Source: Deltaproteobacteria bacterium
Lineage (GTDB): Bacteria > Desulfobacterota > BSN033 > UBA1163
Assembly (NCBI GenBank): GCA_018333535.1
Contig: JAGXTA010000071.1
Coordinates: forward strand, 35,100-99,099
Reading direction: 5' to 3'
DNA: 64,000 nt
How positions within the stretch are numbered: position 1 is the first letter of the stretch; the number at the start of each line of letters is the position of its first letter. The notes beneath the pieces were generated by a model. It made no database searches and was not told where the DNA came from. It worked only from the letters and a program-made list of their open reading frames with translations. Made by a program: the position numbers and the translations under genes. Below, in pieces: positions 56,534 through 64,000 of this stretch.

Positions 56534-57906
56534 AACCATCCATTCTCATAGTCGATGACGATGAAGTGATGCAAGAGTCACTCTATGATGTTTTAAAGAA
56601 GGGAGAATATGAAGTCTATTCAGTGGGTTCCGGGAGCGAAACCCTTTCGGTCATCAAAAAAAATATCATAGATCTCATTCTTCTTGACATGAGGCTGCCC
56701 GATTGGGATGGCCTGGAACTTCTTAAAAAGGTTAAAGAATTCGATACTGAAATATTAGTGATTATTATGACTGCCTATTCGGATGTGCAGACCGCAGTTT
56801 CAGCAATGAAATCAGGAGCTTACCATTATATCAATAAGCCTTTTGATTTGGAAGAGCTAAAACTTCTGATTGAAAAAGGGTTGGAAAGAAAGAGCCTTAT
56901 TAATGAAGTGAGAAGACTTCATCGGCAGCAGAATGAAGGAAATCAAAAAAGCCAGATATTTGGCACAACTTCCCAGATTCATTATATTAAAGAGTTGATC
57001 GGAATGGTTAGTAAGACGAACAAGACATCTGTCCTGATCCAGGGAGAGAGTGGGACGGGTAAGGAACTGGCCGCCAATGCGATTCATTACAACAGTAAGA
57101 GGGCAAATAAACCCCTGATGAAGATTAACTGTAGCGCCATACCGGATTCACTTTTAGAATCAGAGCTTTTCGGTTATGAGAAGGGAGCCTTTACAGACGC
57201 CAAAGCGACGAAAAAAGGGCTCTTCGAATTGGCAGATGGAGGAACGGTATTTCTGGATGAAATCGGAGATATGAAGCCCTTTCTTCAATCAAAAATTTTA
57301 AGAGTGATTGAAAATCAATCCTTTATGCGAGTGGGGGGAGAAAGGGAAATTAAGGTTGATGTCCGAATTGTTGCGGCAACCAATAAGGACCTGGAATCGC
57401 TTGTGAGGGAAGGGCTTTTCCGAAAGGACCTCTATTACCGGCTTAAAGTGATGGTGGTTGAGATGCCTTCCCTTCGCGAGAGGGGAGAGGATATTTTACT
57501 TCTTTCCAATTTGTTTATAGAAGAGATCAATCGAGAATACGGGAAAAATATCAATGGGTTAACAGATGATGCCAAAAAGATAATGGTCCAATATCCATGG
57601 CCCGGGAATGTGCGGGAATTGAAGAATGTCATCGAGAGAGCCATGATTCTTACCGAACAGCCCTATATCACACCCAAACAACTTCCGTTTGAATTAAGAC
57701 AGAAAGAAGGATATGACCTTAAGGCTGTAGAATTAAATCCGTTTGAGATTTCTGAAATGATGCCATTAGAAGCATTGGAAAAAATCCACCTTTCAAATGT
57801 ATTAAAAAAATTGGAATGGAATAAGTCTAAGGCTTCAAAAATACTTGGGATTTCGAGAGCGACCCTGAGGGCAAAAGTTAAGAAATATCATCTGTCGGAT
57901 AATTAA
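56530..57906 (+). CDS. sigma-54-dependent NtrC-family response regulator (PilR2-like)
   Basis: It has a REC domain, [14 protein letters not shown] and a C-terminal HTH. It overlaps the kinase stop by 4 nt. Confidence 0.9.
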   Translation: MKPSILIVDDDEVMQESLYDVLKKGEYEVYSVGSGSETLSVIKKNIIDLILLDMRLPDWDGLELLKKVKEFDTEILVIIMTAYSDVQTAVSAMKSGAYHYINKPFDLEELKLLIEKGLERKSLINEVRRLHRQQNEGNQKSQIFGTTSQIHYIKELIGMVSKTNKTSVLIQGESGTGKELAANAIHYNSKRANKPLMKINCSAIPDSLLESELFGYEKGAFTDAKATKKGLFELADGGTVFLDEIGDMKPFLQSKILRVIENQSFMRVGGEREIKVDVRIVAATNKDLESLVREGLFRKDLYYRLKVMVVEMPSLRERGEDILLLSNLFIEEINREYGKNINGLTDDAKKIMVQYPWPGNVRELKNVIERAMILTEQPYITPKQLPFELRQKEGYDLKAVELNPFEISEMMPLEALEKIHLSNVLKKLEWNKSKASKILGISRATLRAKVKKYHLSDN

Positions 57907-58000
57907 TGTGAAATATTAAATGGTTATTCATTAATGTTAATATAAATTATTAAATATTTAAGGCACCTTATTAAAATTGATGGAGTTAATAAATTTTTCC

Positions 58001-58030
58001 TTGACTTTTTACAAAATATAATAATAATTT
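58001..58030 (+). promoter_or_regulatory. putative sigma-70-type promoter in the AT-rich region upstream of pilM
   Basis: A TTGACT -35-like hexamer is followed by AT-rich -10 candidates (TATAAT/AATAAT). The spacing is ambiguous. Confidence 0.3.
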
Positions 58031-58073
58031 ATTAGACAACCTGTCTAAAATTGAACGACTTGAGGTAACTCAT

Positions 58074-59132
58074 ATGATTTTGGGAAGAAAAAAGGGAGTC
58101 ATTGGGTTGGATATAGGGTCCAGTTCGATCAAACTGGTTGAATTGGGGGAGAGTAAAAACACTTACAAATTGGTGAATTTGGGGATCTCTCCATTACCCC
58201 CGGAAGCGATCGTGGATGGAGCCTTGATGGACTCGGTAACCATTATCGATGCCATCCGCGAATTGATCAGCAATACAAAGACAAAGACAAAAGATGTGAT
58301 CACCTCTGTCTCCGGTCATTCGGTGATTGTCAAGAAGATCAGCCTCCCATTGATGTCAGATGCCGAATTGGAAGAATCAATCCAGTGGGAGGCCGAACGG
58401 TATATCCCATTCGACATCAACGATGTGAATATCGATTTTCAGATCTTTGGCTCCAGCGCTGAAAACCCGGAGGTCATGGATGTGGTTTTGGTGGCTGCCA
58501 AAAAAGACATCATCAATGACTATGTCTCCGTGATCATCGAATCAGGATTAAACCCGGTCACCATCGATGTCGATGCTTTCGCCATCGAGAATATGCTTTC
58601 GGTGAATTATGAGATTGGAAAAGATGAAACCGTAGCGATGGCGAATGTCGGGGCCAGCATCACCAACATTAATATCCTGAAGAACAACATGACCGCTTTT
58701 ACGAGAGATATTTTTAAGGGAGGAAATCAAATTACCGAGGAGATTCAGAGGCAACTCCACATCGATTACGAAGAGGCCGAAAAAATTAAGGTGGGGAGCA
58801 AGATCGATGCCGCTGCACAGCCGGTCATTCAGGATGTTTTAAAGTCGGCTTCGGAATCTTTATCCATGGAAATAGGAAACTCCATAGAATTTTTCCAATC
58901 GACATCGACTTATGAAAAAATCAGCAAACTTTATTTAAGCGGAGGGGGATCGAAAATTAAAGACTTCGATATCCTCTTGCAGCAGCAGATCGGCATACCC
59001 GTTGAAATCGTCAACCCTTTTAAAAAGATCGAGTATAGCGAAAAGCACTTCGATCTCGAATATTTAAGGGAAATCGGCCCGATGATGGCGGTGGGGGTCG
59101 GACTCGCCACCCGAAAGGTAGGAGATAGATGA
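58074..59132 (+). CDS. pilM: type IV pilus assembly protein PilM (actin-like ATPase fold)
   Basis: It has GLDIGSSSIKLVEL and is 352 aa. It is the first gene of the pilMNOPQ order. Confidence 0.9.
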   Translation: MILGRKKGVIGLDIGSSSIKLVELGESKNTYKLVNLGISPLPPEAIVDGALMDSVTIIDAIRELISNTKTKTKDVITSVSGHSVIVKKISLPLMSDAELEESIQWEAERYIPFDINDVNIDFQIFGSSAENPEVMDVVLVAAKKDIINDYVSVIIESGLNPVTIDVDAFAIENMLSVNYEIGKDETVAMANVGASITNINILKNNMTAFTRDIFKGGNQITEEIQRQLHIDYEEAEKIKVGSKIDAAAQPVIQDVLKSASESLSMEIGNSIEFFQSTSTYEKISKLYLSGGGSKIKDFDILLQQQIGIPVEIVNPFKKIEYSEKHFDLEYLREIGPMMAVGVGLATRKVGDR

Positions 59133-59671
59133 TAAAGATCAATCTACTTCTGACGAGAAAAGAAAAGAAGAAGGTCGGAGTCAAGAAGGAGTTTGTGATC
59201 CTCATCGTTTCGGTGGGGCTCCTGGCGATCCTGTTGGCCGGCCTTCATTGGAAAATCGGGAAAGAAAAAGAGGATATGGTGACCCAGATCTCAGAGACGA
59301 AAAAAGAGATTGCGCGCTATAAGTCTTTGGCGGCTGAAGTGACGAAAGCCAAGGAGGCCCAAAAAACCTTACAGGACAAGTTGAACATCATCAACTCATT
59401 AAGGAAGGGTAAAGAAACGTCTGTCCGGGTTCTGGACGGGATCAGTGTCGATAAACCGGAGAAACTCCAGTTGGAACTGATGAAGAAAGAGGGATTGAAA
59501 CTCGGAATTGAAGGGATCGCTCTGGATGATGAGACCATCGTCCAGTTTATGACCAATCTGAAAAAGTCAAAACTTTTTAAAAATGTTGATCTGGTTGTGA
59601 GCGAACAGATTGAGCAGAACAAAATCAAGTTTAAAAAGTTTATTCTTTCATGTGAAATCATCTCGGAGTAA
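59129..59671 (+). CDS. pilN: PilN
   Basis: It starts MIKINLLL, has a single TM helix and a coiled coil, is 180 aa, and overlaps the pilM stop. Confidence 0.7.
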   Translation: MIKINLLLTRKEKKKVGVKKEFVILIVSVGLLAILLAGLHWKIGKEKEDMVTQISETKKEIARYKSLAAEVTKAKEAQKTLQDKLNIINSLRKGKETSVRVLDGISVDKPEKLQLELMKKEGLKLGIEGIALDDETIVQFMTNLKKSKLFKNVDLVVSEQIEQNKIKFKKFILSCEIISE

Positions 59672-59683
59672 AAGGGGGAGGAG

Positions 59684-60298
59684 ATGGCCATTACGGTAAA
59701 TACAATTTTAGAGCTCCCGTCATCCAAAAAAATCTTAATTTTGATCGGGATATTATGCGTTATTGCGGGAATGTATTTCTACCTTTTTTTCATTCCGGTG
59801 CAGAATGATTTAAAAGTATTAAGGGTGGAATTGGATAAGCTAATCAAGGAATTGAATGAAGGGAAGATGATCACAAGAGATCTGGAAAAATTTAAGGGTC
59901 AGATTGAGAAGTTGAATGCGGAATTGACGAATGCGTTGACTCAACTCCCCAATGAGAAGGAGATTCCTGAAATCCTGAAAAGCATCTCACGCCTTGGCAA
60001 AGAGTCGAACCTGGAATTCACCCTCTTCAAACCCAAACCTGAAGAGCCTCAGCAGTTTTATGCAAGAGTCCCCATCGATCTGGTGATGGTGGGAAGCTAT
60101 CATAACACGGGGCTTTTCTTTGATAAGATCGGGAAGCTCCCGAGAATTATAAATGTCGTTGACTTCAATATGTCACGAGCCAAGGAAGTTAAGGGGAGGG
60201 AGGCGGATGTTGTCATTCGAACATCCTGCCTCATCACCACCTACCGGTTCTTGGAAAAGAAAGCCGAAGAAAAGAAAGGTGACGGAAAAACTCCGTGA
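59684..60298 (+). CDS. pilO: PilO
   Basis: It has an N-terminal TM helix, a coiled coil and a C-terminal alpha/beta domain. Its position in the operon supports the call. Confidence 0.65.
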   Translation: MAITVNTILELPSSKKILILIGILCVIAGMYFYLFFIPVQNDLKVLRVELDKLIKELNEGKMITRDLEKFKGQIEKLNAELTNALTQLPNEKEIPEILKSISRLGKESNLEFTLFKPKPEEPQQFYARVPIDLVMVGSYHNTGLFFDKIGKLPRIINVVDFNMSRAKEVKGREADVVIRTSCLITTYRFLEKKAEEKKGDGKTP

Positions 60299-60332
60299 AA
60301 AACAGAGACAAAGGAAAAGGGAGACGACGTCG

Positions 60333-60881
60333 ATGTTCCAAAAAAGCAATAAATTTCATTTCGTCTGGGGGATATTGAGCTTACTCTTTTTTGTGGCAAG
60401 CTGTGGAGGAGAATCCGTTCCTCCTCCTCAAAAAGGAGCGATTCCAAAGGCCGTGGTTAAAAAAGAGGAGCCGGTTAAGGTGGCAGATCAAAAAGAACCC
60501 CTCAAAAAGGAAGAACCGGAATATCAATACACCCCTGCCGGTAAACCGGATCCATTTAAGCCTTTTATTGAATTGACGCCCGTGCGGGAAAGAGTGAGGA
60601 CCACTCCGCTTACACCTTTGCAGAAATATGATATCAGCCAGCTAAAATTGGTTGCTATCATTTCAACTCCTGATGGGAATGTCGCTTTAGTCGAAGATTC
60701 AGCGGGAAGAGGATATTTTATAAAAAGAGGAACCGAAATCGGAAAGAACGAAGGGAAGGTTACAAAAATTTTAAAAGATCGAGTTATCATCGAGGAACTC
60801 TATGAGGATGTTTTAGGCAAGGTGAAAAAGAGCGAAATTCCATTATTTCTTCACAAAATCGAAGAAGGGGGAGAATCATGA
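60333..60881 (+). CDS. pilP: PilP lipoprotein
   Basis: It has the lipobox FFVASCGG, a Pro/Lys-rich linker and a C-terminal beta domain. The start is MFQKSNKF; the ORF is open from 60153. Confidence 0.6.
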   Translation: MFQKSNKFHFVWGILSLLFFVASCGGESVPPPQKGAIPKAVVKKEEPVKVADQKEPLKKEEPEYQYTPAGKPDPFKPFIELTPVRERVRTTPLTPLQKYDISQLKLVAIISTPDGNVALVEDSAGRGYFIKRGTEIGKNEGKVTKILKDRVIIEELYEDVLGKVKKSEIPLFLHKIEEGGES

Positions 60882-63787
60882 AAGCTTTTTTGATGGTTAG
60901 AGTGGTGTTTATCACCTTAATCTCATTGATCATCAGCGGTTGTGCCACCGGGGGGGATGTGGCAAAGCCTCCGAGCGAGGCTTCGCCTCCTGTTGTCTCG
61001 GTGGCGAAGGCCAATCCTTCCATCATCCAAAAGATCGCTTTCACAGAAGAAGAAAAATTTACAAGAATTCATATCGAAGGATCGGAAACCCTTCCGCCCC
61101 CTTTGTATAAACTCTCCCATGAACCGTTGAAAATCGTGGTGGATCTTACCCATATCGACCTTAAACAGGTGAGGAGCACTTTGAAGGTGGACAATGGGAC
61201 AATCTCCGAAGTTTTAACCACTCAATATGACGACAAAGGCCGGATCGAAATCGGCCTCCTTCAGATGACCCCTTTCAACATCTCCAGGGAAGATAAAAAC
61301 GTCTTCATTGACATTGAAAAAGTAAAGAAGATCATAGAGACAAAGGAAGTCAAAAAAGAGGAAGTGATTGAAAAGGCAAAAGAGGGGGACCTTTCGACCC
61401 CTGAGACGAAAAAAGAGGCCGCCGTTTCTTCATCTCCTGCTGTAATGGTTTCAACCCAGGAAAAGACGAACAAGGCAAAAGAGATTATCAATTTTTCCCT
61501 GGAAGATAAAAAAGATCACATCGATTTTAATATTTTAGCAGACGGAAAAGTTGAAAATTATAATTTATTTAAACTGGACGGTCCTCCGCGCCTGGTTTTG
61601 GACATCTGGGAAGTGGGGACTCAATACCCGAAAAAGTCAATTCGGGTTTCAAATCCGTTCATTAAGGAAGTCCGAATCGGACAACATCAGGACAAATTAA
61701 GACTGGTCTTCGACTCATCGAAACCTCAACTCCCAGCCTACCAGATCAATCGAATTGACGATAAACTGGTCGTATCGGTTGGAAATGTACCTCAGCCCTC
61801 TGAACCTCAAATCTTGCTGCAGGAGAAGGGGTCTGAAAAGTTAGCCGTTCCTAAATTGCAGTTGGCCTCTTCGACTTCTCCTGCTGTCAAGGAGAAGGTG
61901 TCGCCGCCATCCCCGGAAGTATCCTCAAAGCCGGTAAAAGCAAAGATTGCCCTGAAAGAGACCGATTTTAAACAAATAAACGATAAATCACGAATCGTCT
62001 TGAGCCTTAGCGGAGATCCACAATTTGAAACCTATCGTGTTTCGGAAAAGGTGATCGCCATTGATATCAAGAACGCTTTTGCCCCGAAACATCTCCAGAG
62101 GGGAATGAATACGAGCGAGTTTGATAGCGCTGTCAATCATATTGACATTAAGAACGTAAAGAATGACATCAGGATATTGTTTAAATTGAGGGAAGAGACA
62201 CCCTATGAAACCACCAAGGAAGGCAATACCCTCTTTTTTGATATTGAAAAGCCGAAGAAGGTTGTGACGAAATTAGAGGCTCCCACGCCTCCTCCCGAAC
62301 TCCCTAAGGTAACTCCACCACCTCCTCCTAAAGAAGAAGTGAAAGAAGAGGTAAAAGCAGACGTAACGAAAGTGGAGGAGAAACCTGCCGTTGAAGCCAA
62401 GAAAGAGGAGATGGCGCCTCCTAAAGTTGAAGAAAAACCCGCTCCTCCGCCTGCGGTTGCAAAACCTGCGGAAGAGGTCGGGCCGGAAAAGATGTATACG
62501 GGGAGAAAAGTCTCTCTTGATTTTAAGGATGCAGACATTAAAAATATTTTACGGCTGATTGCAGAGGTGAGCAATTTCAATATCATCACAGCAGATGATG
62601 TGTCAGGGAAGATCACGATGAGATTGGTCGATGTGCCCTGGGATCAGGCATTAGATGTGATTCTTCAATCCCGGAATCTCGGAATGGTTCAGGTTGGAAA
62701 TGTAATAAGGATTGCTCCTATTGAAACCCTGAACAGAGAGAGCCATGCCAAATTGGAGGCGAAACGGGCAAAGGAAAGATTGGAAGACATGGTGACCGAG
62801 CTCATTCCGATCAACTATGCCACCGCGAAGGATATCATTCCTCAGATTAAAGGGATTTTAAGCGAACGGGGCGATGTCAAGGTGGACGATCGGACTAACA
62901 TCCTTATCATTAAGGATATTCCGAAAAACATCCCTGCGGTAAAAAATTTAGTTAAATCGCTTGATACAAAGACCCCTCAAGTCGTGATTGAAGCAAGAAT
63001 CGTCGAAGCCAATGTTGGGTTCCAGAGAGAGCTGGGCGTATCATGGGGATTTGAAACCTATGCGAAGTCTAAGAAGGATGGAGCTATCTCGAAAGAGATT
63101 ATCGTCGGGGGCGGCTTATCTACCCCAGGCACAACACCCGGAGCGTCGATCGGGTCAACCCTGGGCTCCACTGCGAGCAAGGTCGTTGATCTTGCTGCGG
63201 TTGCCCAAGGAGGTGTCGCCGGCGCCACCGGGCAGGCAGGTGTGATCGAGTTTCTGCTCACATCGATTTACGGGCTGAGGCAGTTGGATGTCGCTATTTC
63301 CGCCCACGAAAATAAAGGAGACGCAAAGGTTATCTCCAGTCCCAAGATCGCGACACTTCACAACAAGGAGGCTTCAATCGAGCAGGGCTTGAGAATCCCT
63401 TACCGGAAATTGACCACGGAGGGAATCATCACCACCGATTTCATCGACGCAAACCTTAAATTGACGGTGACTCCTCTTGTGACGAATGACGGAAATGTCA
63501 AGCTAACAATTAAAGCCAAAAAAGATGCACCGGAGTGGGCCCGAACGGTCGATGGCGTCCCAAGCATTGACAAGAAAGAGGCTATTACTGAGGTGCTCGT
63601 CAAAGATAATGGAGTGGTTGTCATTGCCGGAGTTTATTCCATTGAGAAGAGCGAAGGAGAAGAAGGCGTTCCTCTCTTAAGCAAAATTCCTTTGTTAGGC
63701 TGGTTATTTAAGAGAGAGGCAAAGGAGGATAGAAGGAGAGATCTGCTGATATTTATTTCACCTAAGGTCGTTAAAGATCAGGTCTGA
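60878..63787 (+). CDS. pilQ: PilQ secretin (969 aa) with N-terminal AMIN-like domains and a Pro/Glu/Lys-rich linker
   Basis: The C-terminal secretin domain has GVPLLSKIPLLGWLFK and NLLIFISPKVV. The lipobox-like N-terminus reads LIISGCATGG. Confidence 0.85.
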   Translation: MKAFLMVRVVFITLISLIISGCATGGDVAKPPSEASPPVVSVAKANPSIIQKIAFTEEEKFTRIHIEGSETLPPPLYKLSHEPLKIVVDLTHIDLKQVRSTLKVDNGTISEVLTTQYDDKGRIEIGLLQMTPFNISREDKNVFIDIEKVKKIIETKEVKKEEVIEKAKEGDLSTPETKKEAAVSSSPAVMVSTQEKTNKAKEIINFSLEDKKDHIDFNILADGKVENYNLFKLDGPPRLVLDIWEVGTQYPKKSIRVSNPFIKEVRIGQHQDKLRLVFDSSKPQLPAYQINRIDDKLVVSVGNVPQPSEPQILLQEKGSEKLAVPKLQLASSTSPAVKEKVSPPSPEVSSKPVKAKIALKETDFKQINDKSRIVLSLSGDPQFETYRVSEKVIAIDIKNAFAPKHLQRGMNTSEFDSAVNHIDIKNVKNDIRILFKLREETPYETTKEGNTLFFDIEKPKKVVTKLEAPTPPPELPKVTPPPPPKEEVKEEVKADVTKVEEKPAVEAKKEEMAPPKVEEKPAPPPAVAKPAEEVGPEKMYTGRKVSLDFKDADIKNILRLIAEVSNFNIITADDVSGKITMRLVDVPWDQALDVILQSRNLGMVQVGNVIRIAPIETLNRESHAKLEAKRAKERLEDMVTELIPINYATAKDIIPQIKGILSERGDVKVDDRTNILIIKDIPKNIPAVKNLVKSLDTKTPQVVIEARIVEANVGFQRELGVSWGFETYAKSKKDGAISKEIIVGGGLSTPGTTPGASIGSTLGSTASKVVDLAAVAQGGVAGATGQAGVIEFLLTSIYGLRQLDVAISAHENKGDAKVISSPKIATLHNKEASIEQGLRIPYRKLTTEGIITTDFIDANLKLTVTPLVTNDGNVKLTIKAKKDAPEWARTVDGVPSIDKKEAITEVLVKDNGVVVIAGVYSIEKSEGEEGVPLLSKIPLLGWLFKREAKEDRRRDLLIFISPKVVKDQV

Positions 63788-63794
63788 TCGAAGA

Positions 63795-64000
63795 TCAAGC
63801 TTTGAAAAAGCCGATTAAACTCTGAATTTGGTCCATTTTGGTTTGGATAAGATATTTCTTTATTCCATTAATCACTTCGATTCCTGTCATTGGCCTGATA
63901 AGATTTGCGGTTCCGATTTGGATGGCGGAGGCTCCGGCGAGCATAAATTCGATCGCATCCTCCGCCTTCATAATTCCCCCCATCCCGATGACAGGAATTT
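63795..64000 (-). CDS. C-terminal fragment of a flavin (TIM-barrel) oxidoreductase, dihydroorotate-dehydrogenase-like; gene runs off the window end
   Basis: The minus-strand ORF is open to the window end. Its C-terminus (GGIMKAEDAIEFMLAGASAIQIGTAN) is typical of the PyrD/DHOD family. Confidence 0.45.
   Translation of the reverse strand, partial: IPVIGMGGIMKAEDAIEFMLAGASAIQIGTANLIRPMTGIEVINGIKKYLIQTKMDQIQSLIGFFKA

Noticed and set aside
1-64000. tRNA or rRNA genes
   Set aside because: No GTTCGAATCC-type T-arm or cloverleaf candidates were found on either strand, and there is no rRNA-like conserved segment.

Overview
The window reads as a low-GC (about 42%) Gram-negative accessory region built around type IV pilus (T4P) genes. 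Below, HEPN/MNT means a HEPN-domain toxin-like protein paired with a minimal nucleotidyltransferase antitoxin-like protein.

Gene content, left to right:
- 1-5300: three tandem paralogous GT-C membrane glycosyltransferases of the ArnT/PMT-like family (the first cut by the window edge), plus two SAM methyltransferases.
- 5650-6460: a HEPN/MNT toxin-antitoxin pair.
- 6970-8560: three tandem type IVa pilin genes behind a sigma-54-type promoter.
- 8650-9810: a 12-bp minisatellite, a second MNT/HepT pair, and an orphan HepT fragment.
- 9970-28630: a 19-kb glycan-biosynthesis island. It encodes a GT2 polyprenyl-phosphate sugar synthase, GT4/GT-B transferases, five SAM methyltransferases (two fused to Zn-ribbons), two AsnB-type amidotransferases, two SDR epimerases, a Wzx-like flippase, a wHTH regulator and a TMTC-like GT-C/TPR protein.
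- 28930-34250: mazEF, pilD, a sensor kinase, a frameshifted four-helix-bundle gene and a sigma-54 NtrC-type response regulator (PilS/PilR-like pair).
- 34570-36500: a repeat-containing lipoprotein and an HTH/PIN toxin-antitoxin pair.
- 37340-50380: two tandemly duplicated minor-pilin operons (FimT/GspH-like, PilV, PilW, PilX, and a PilY1-like 1181/1197-aa adhesin), each preceded by the same sigma-54 -24/-12 motif.
- 50520-57910: a TPR protein, a REC-PATAN/MglB/MglA/CheW-like polarity module, and a second PAS-kinase/sigma-54 regulator pair.
- 58070-63790: pilMNOPQ.

Intergenic DNA is saturated with several families of short interspersed and palindromic repeats, MITE-like elements, and one GC-rich 215-bp hairpin element.

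The most interesting hypothesis is a pilin/protein O-glycosylation system using polyprenyl-phosphate donors and ArnT/PMT-like GT-C transferases (analogous to TfpW arabinosylation of Pseudomonas group IV pilins), producing a heavily methylated and amidated glycan. This sits alongside sigma-54/PilR-controlled duplicated tip-adhesin operons and an MglAB-CheW polarity module.
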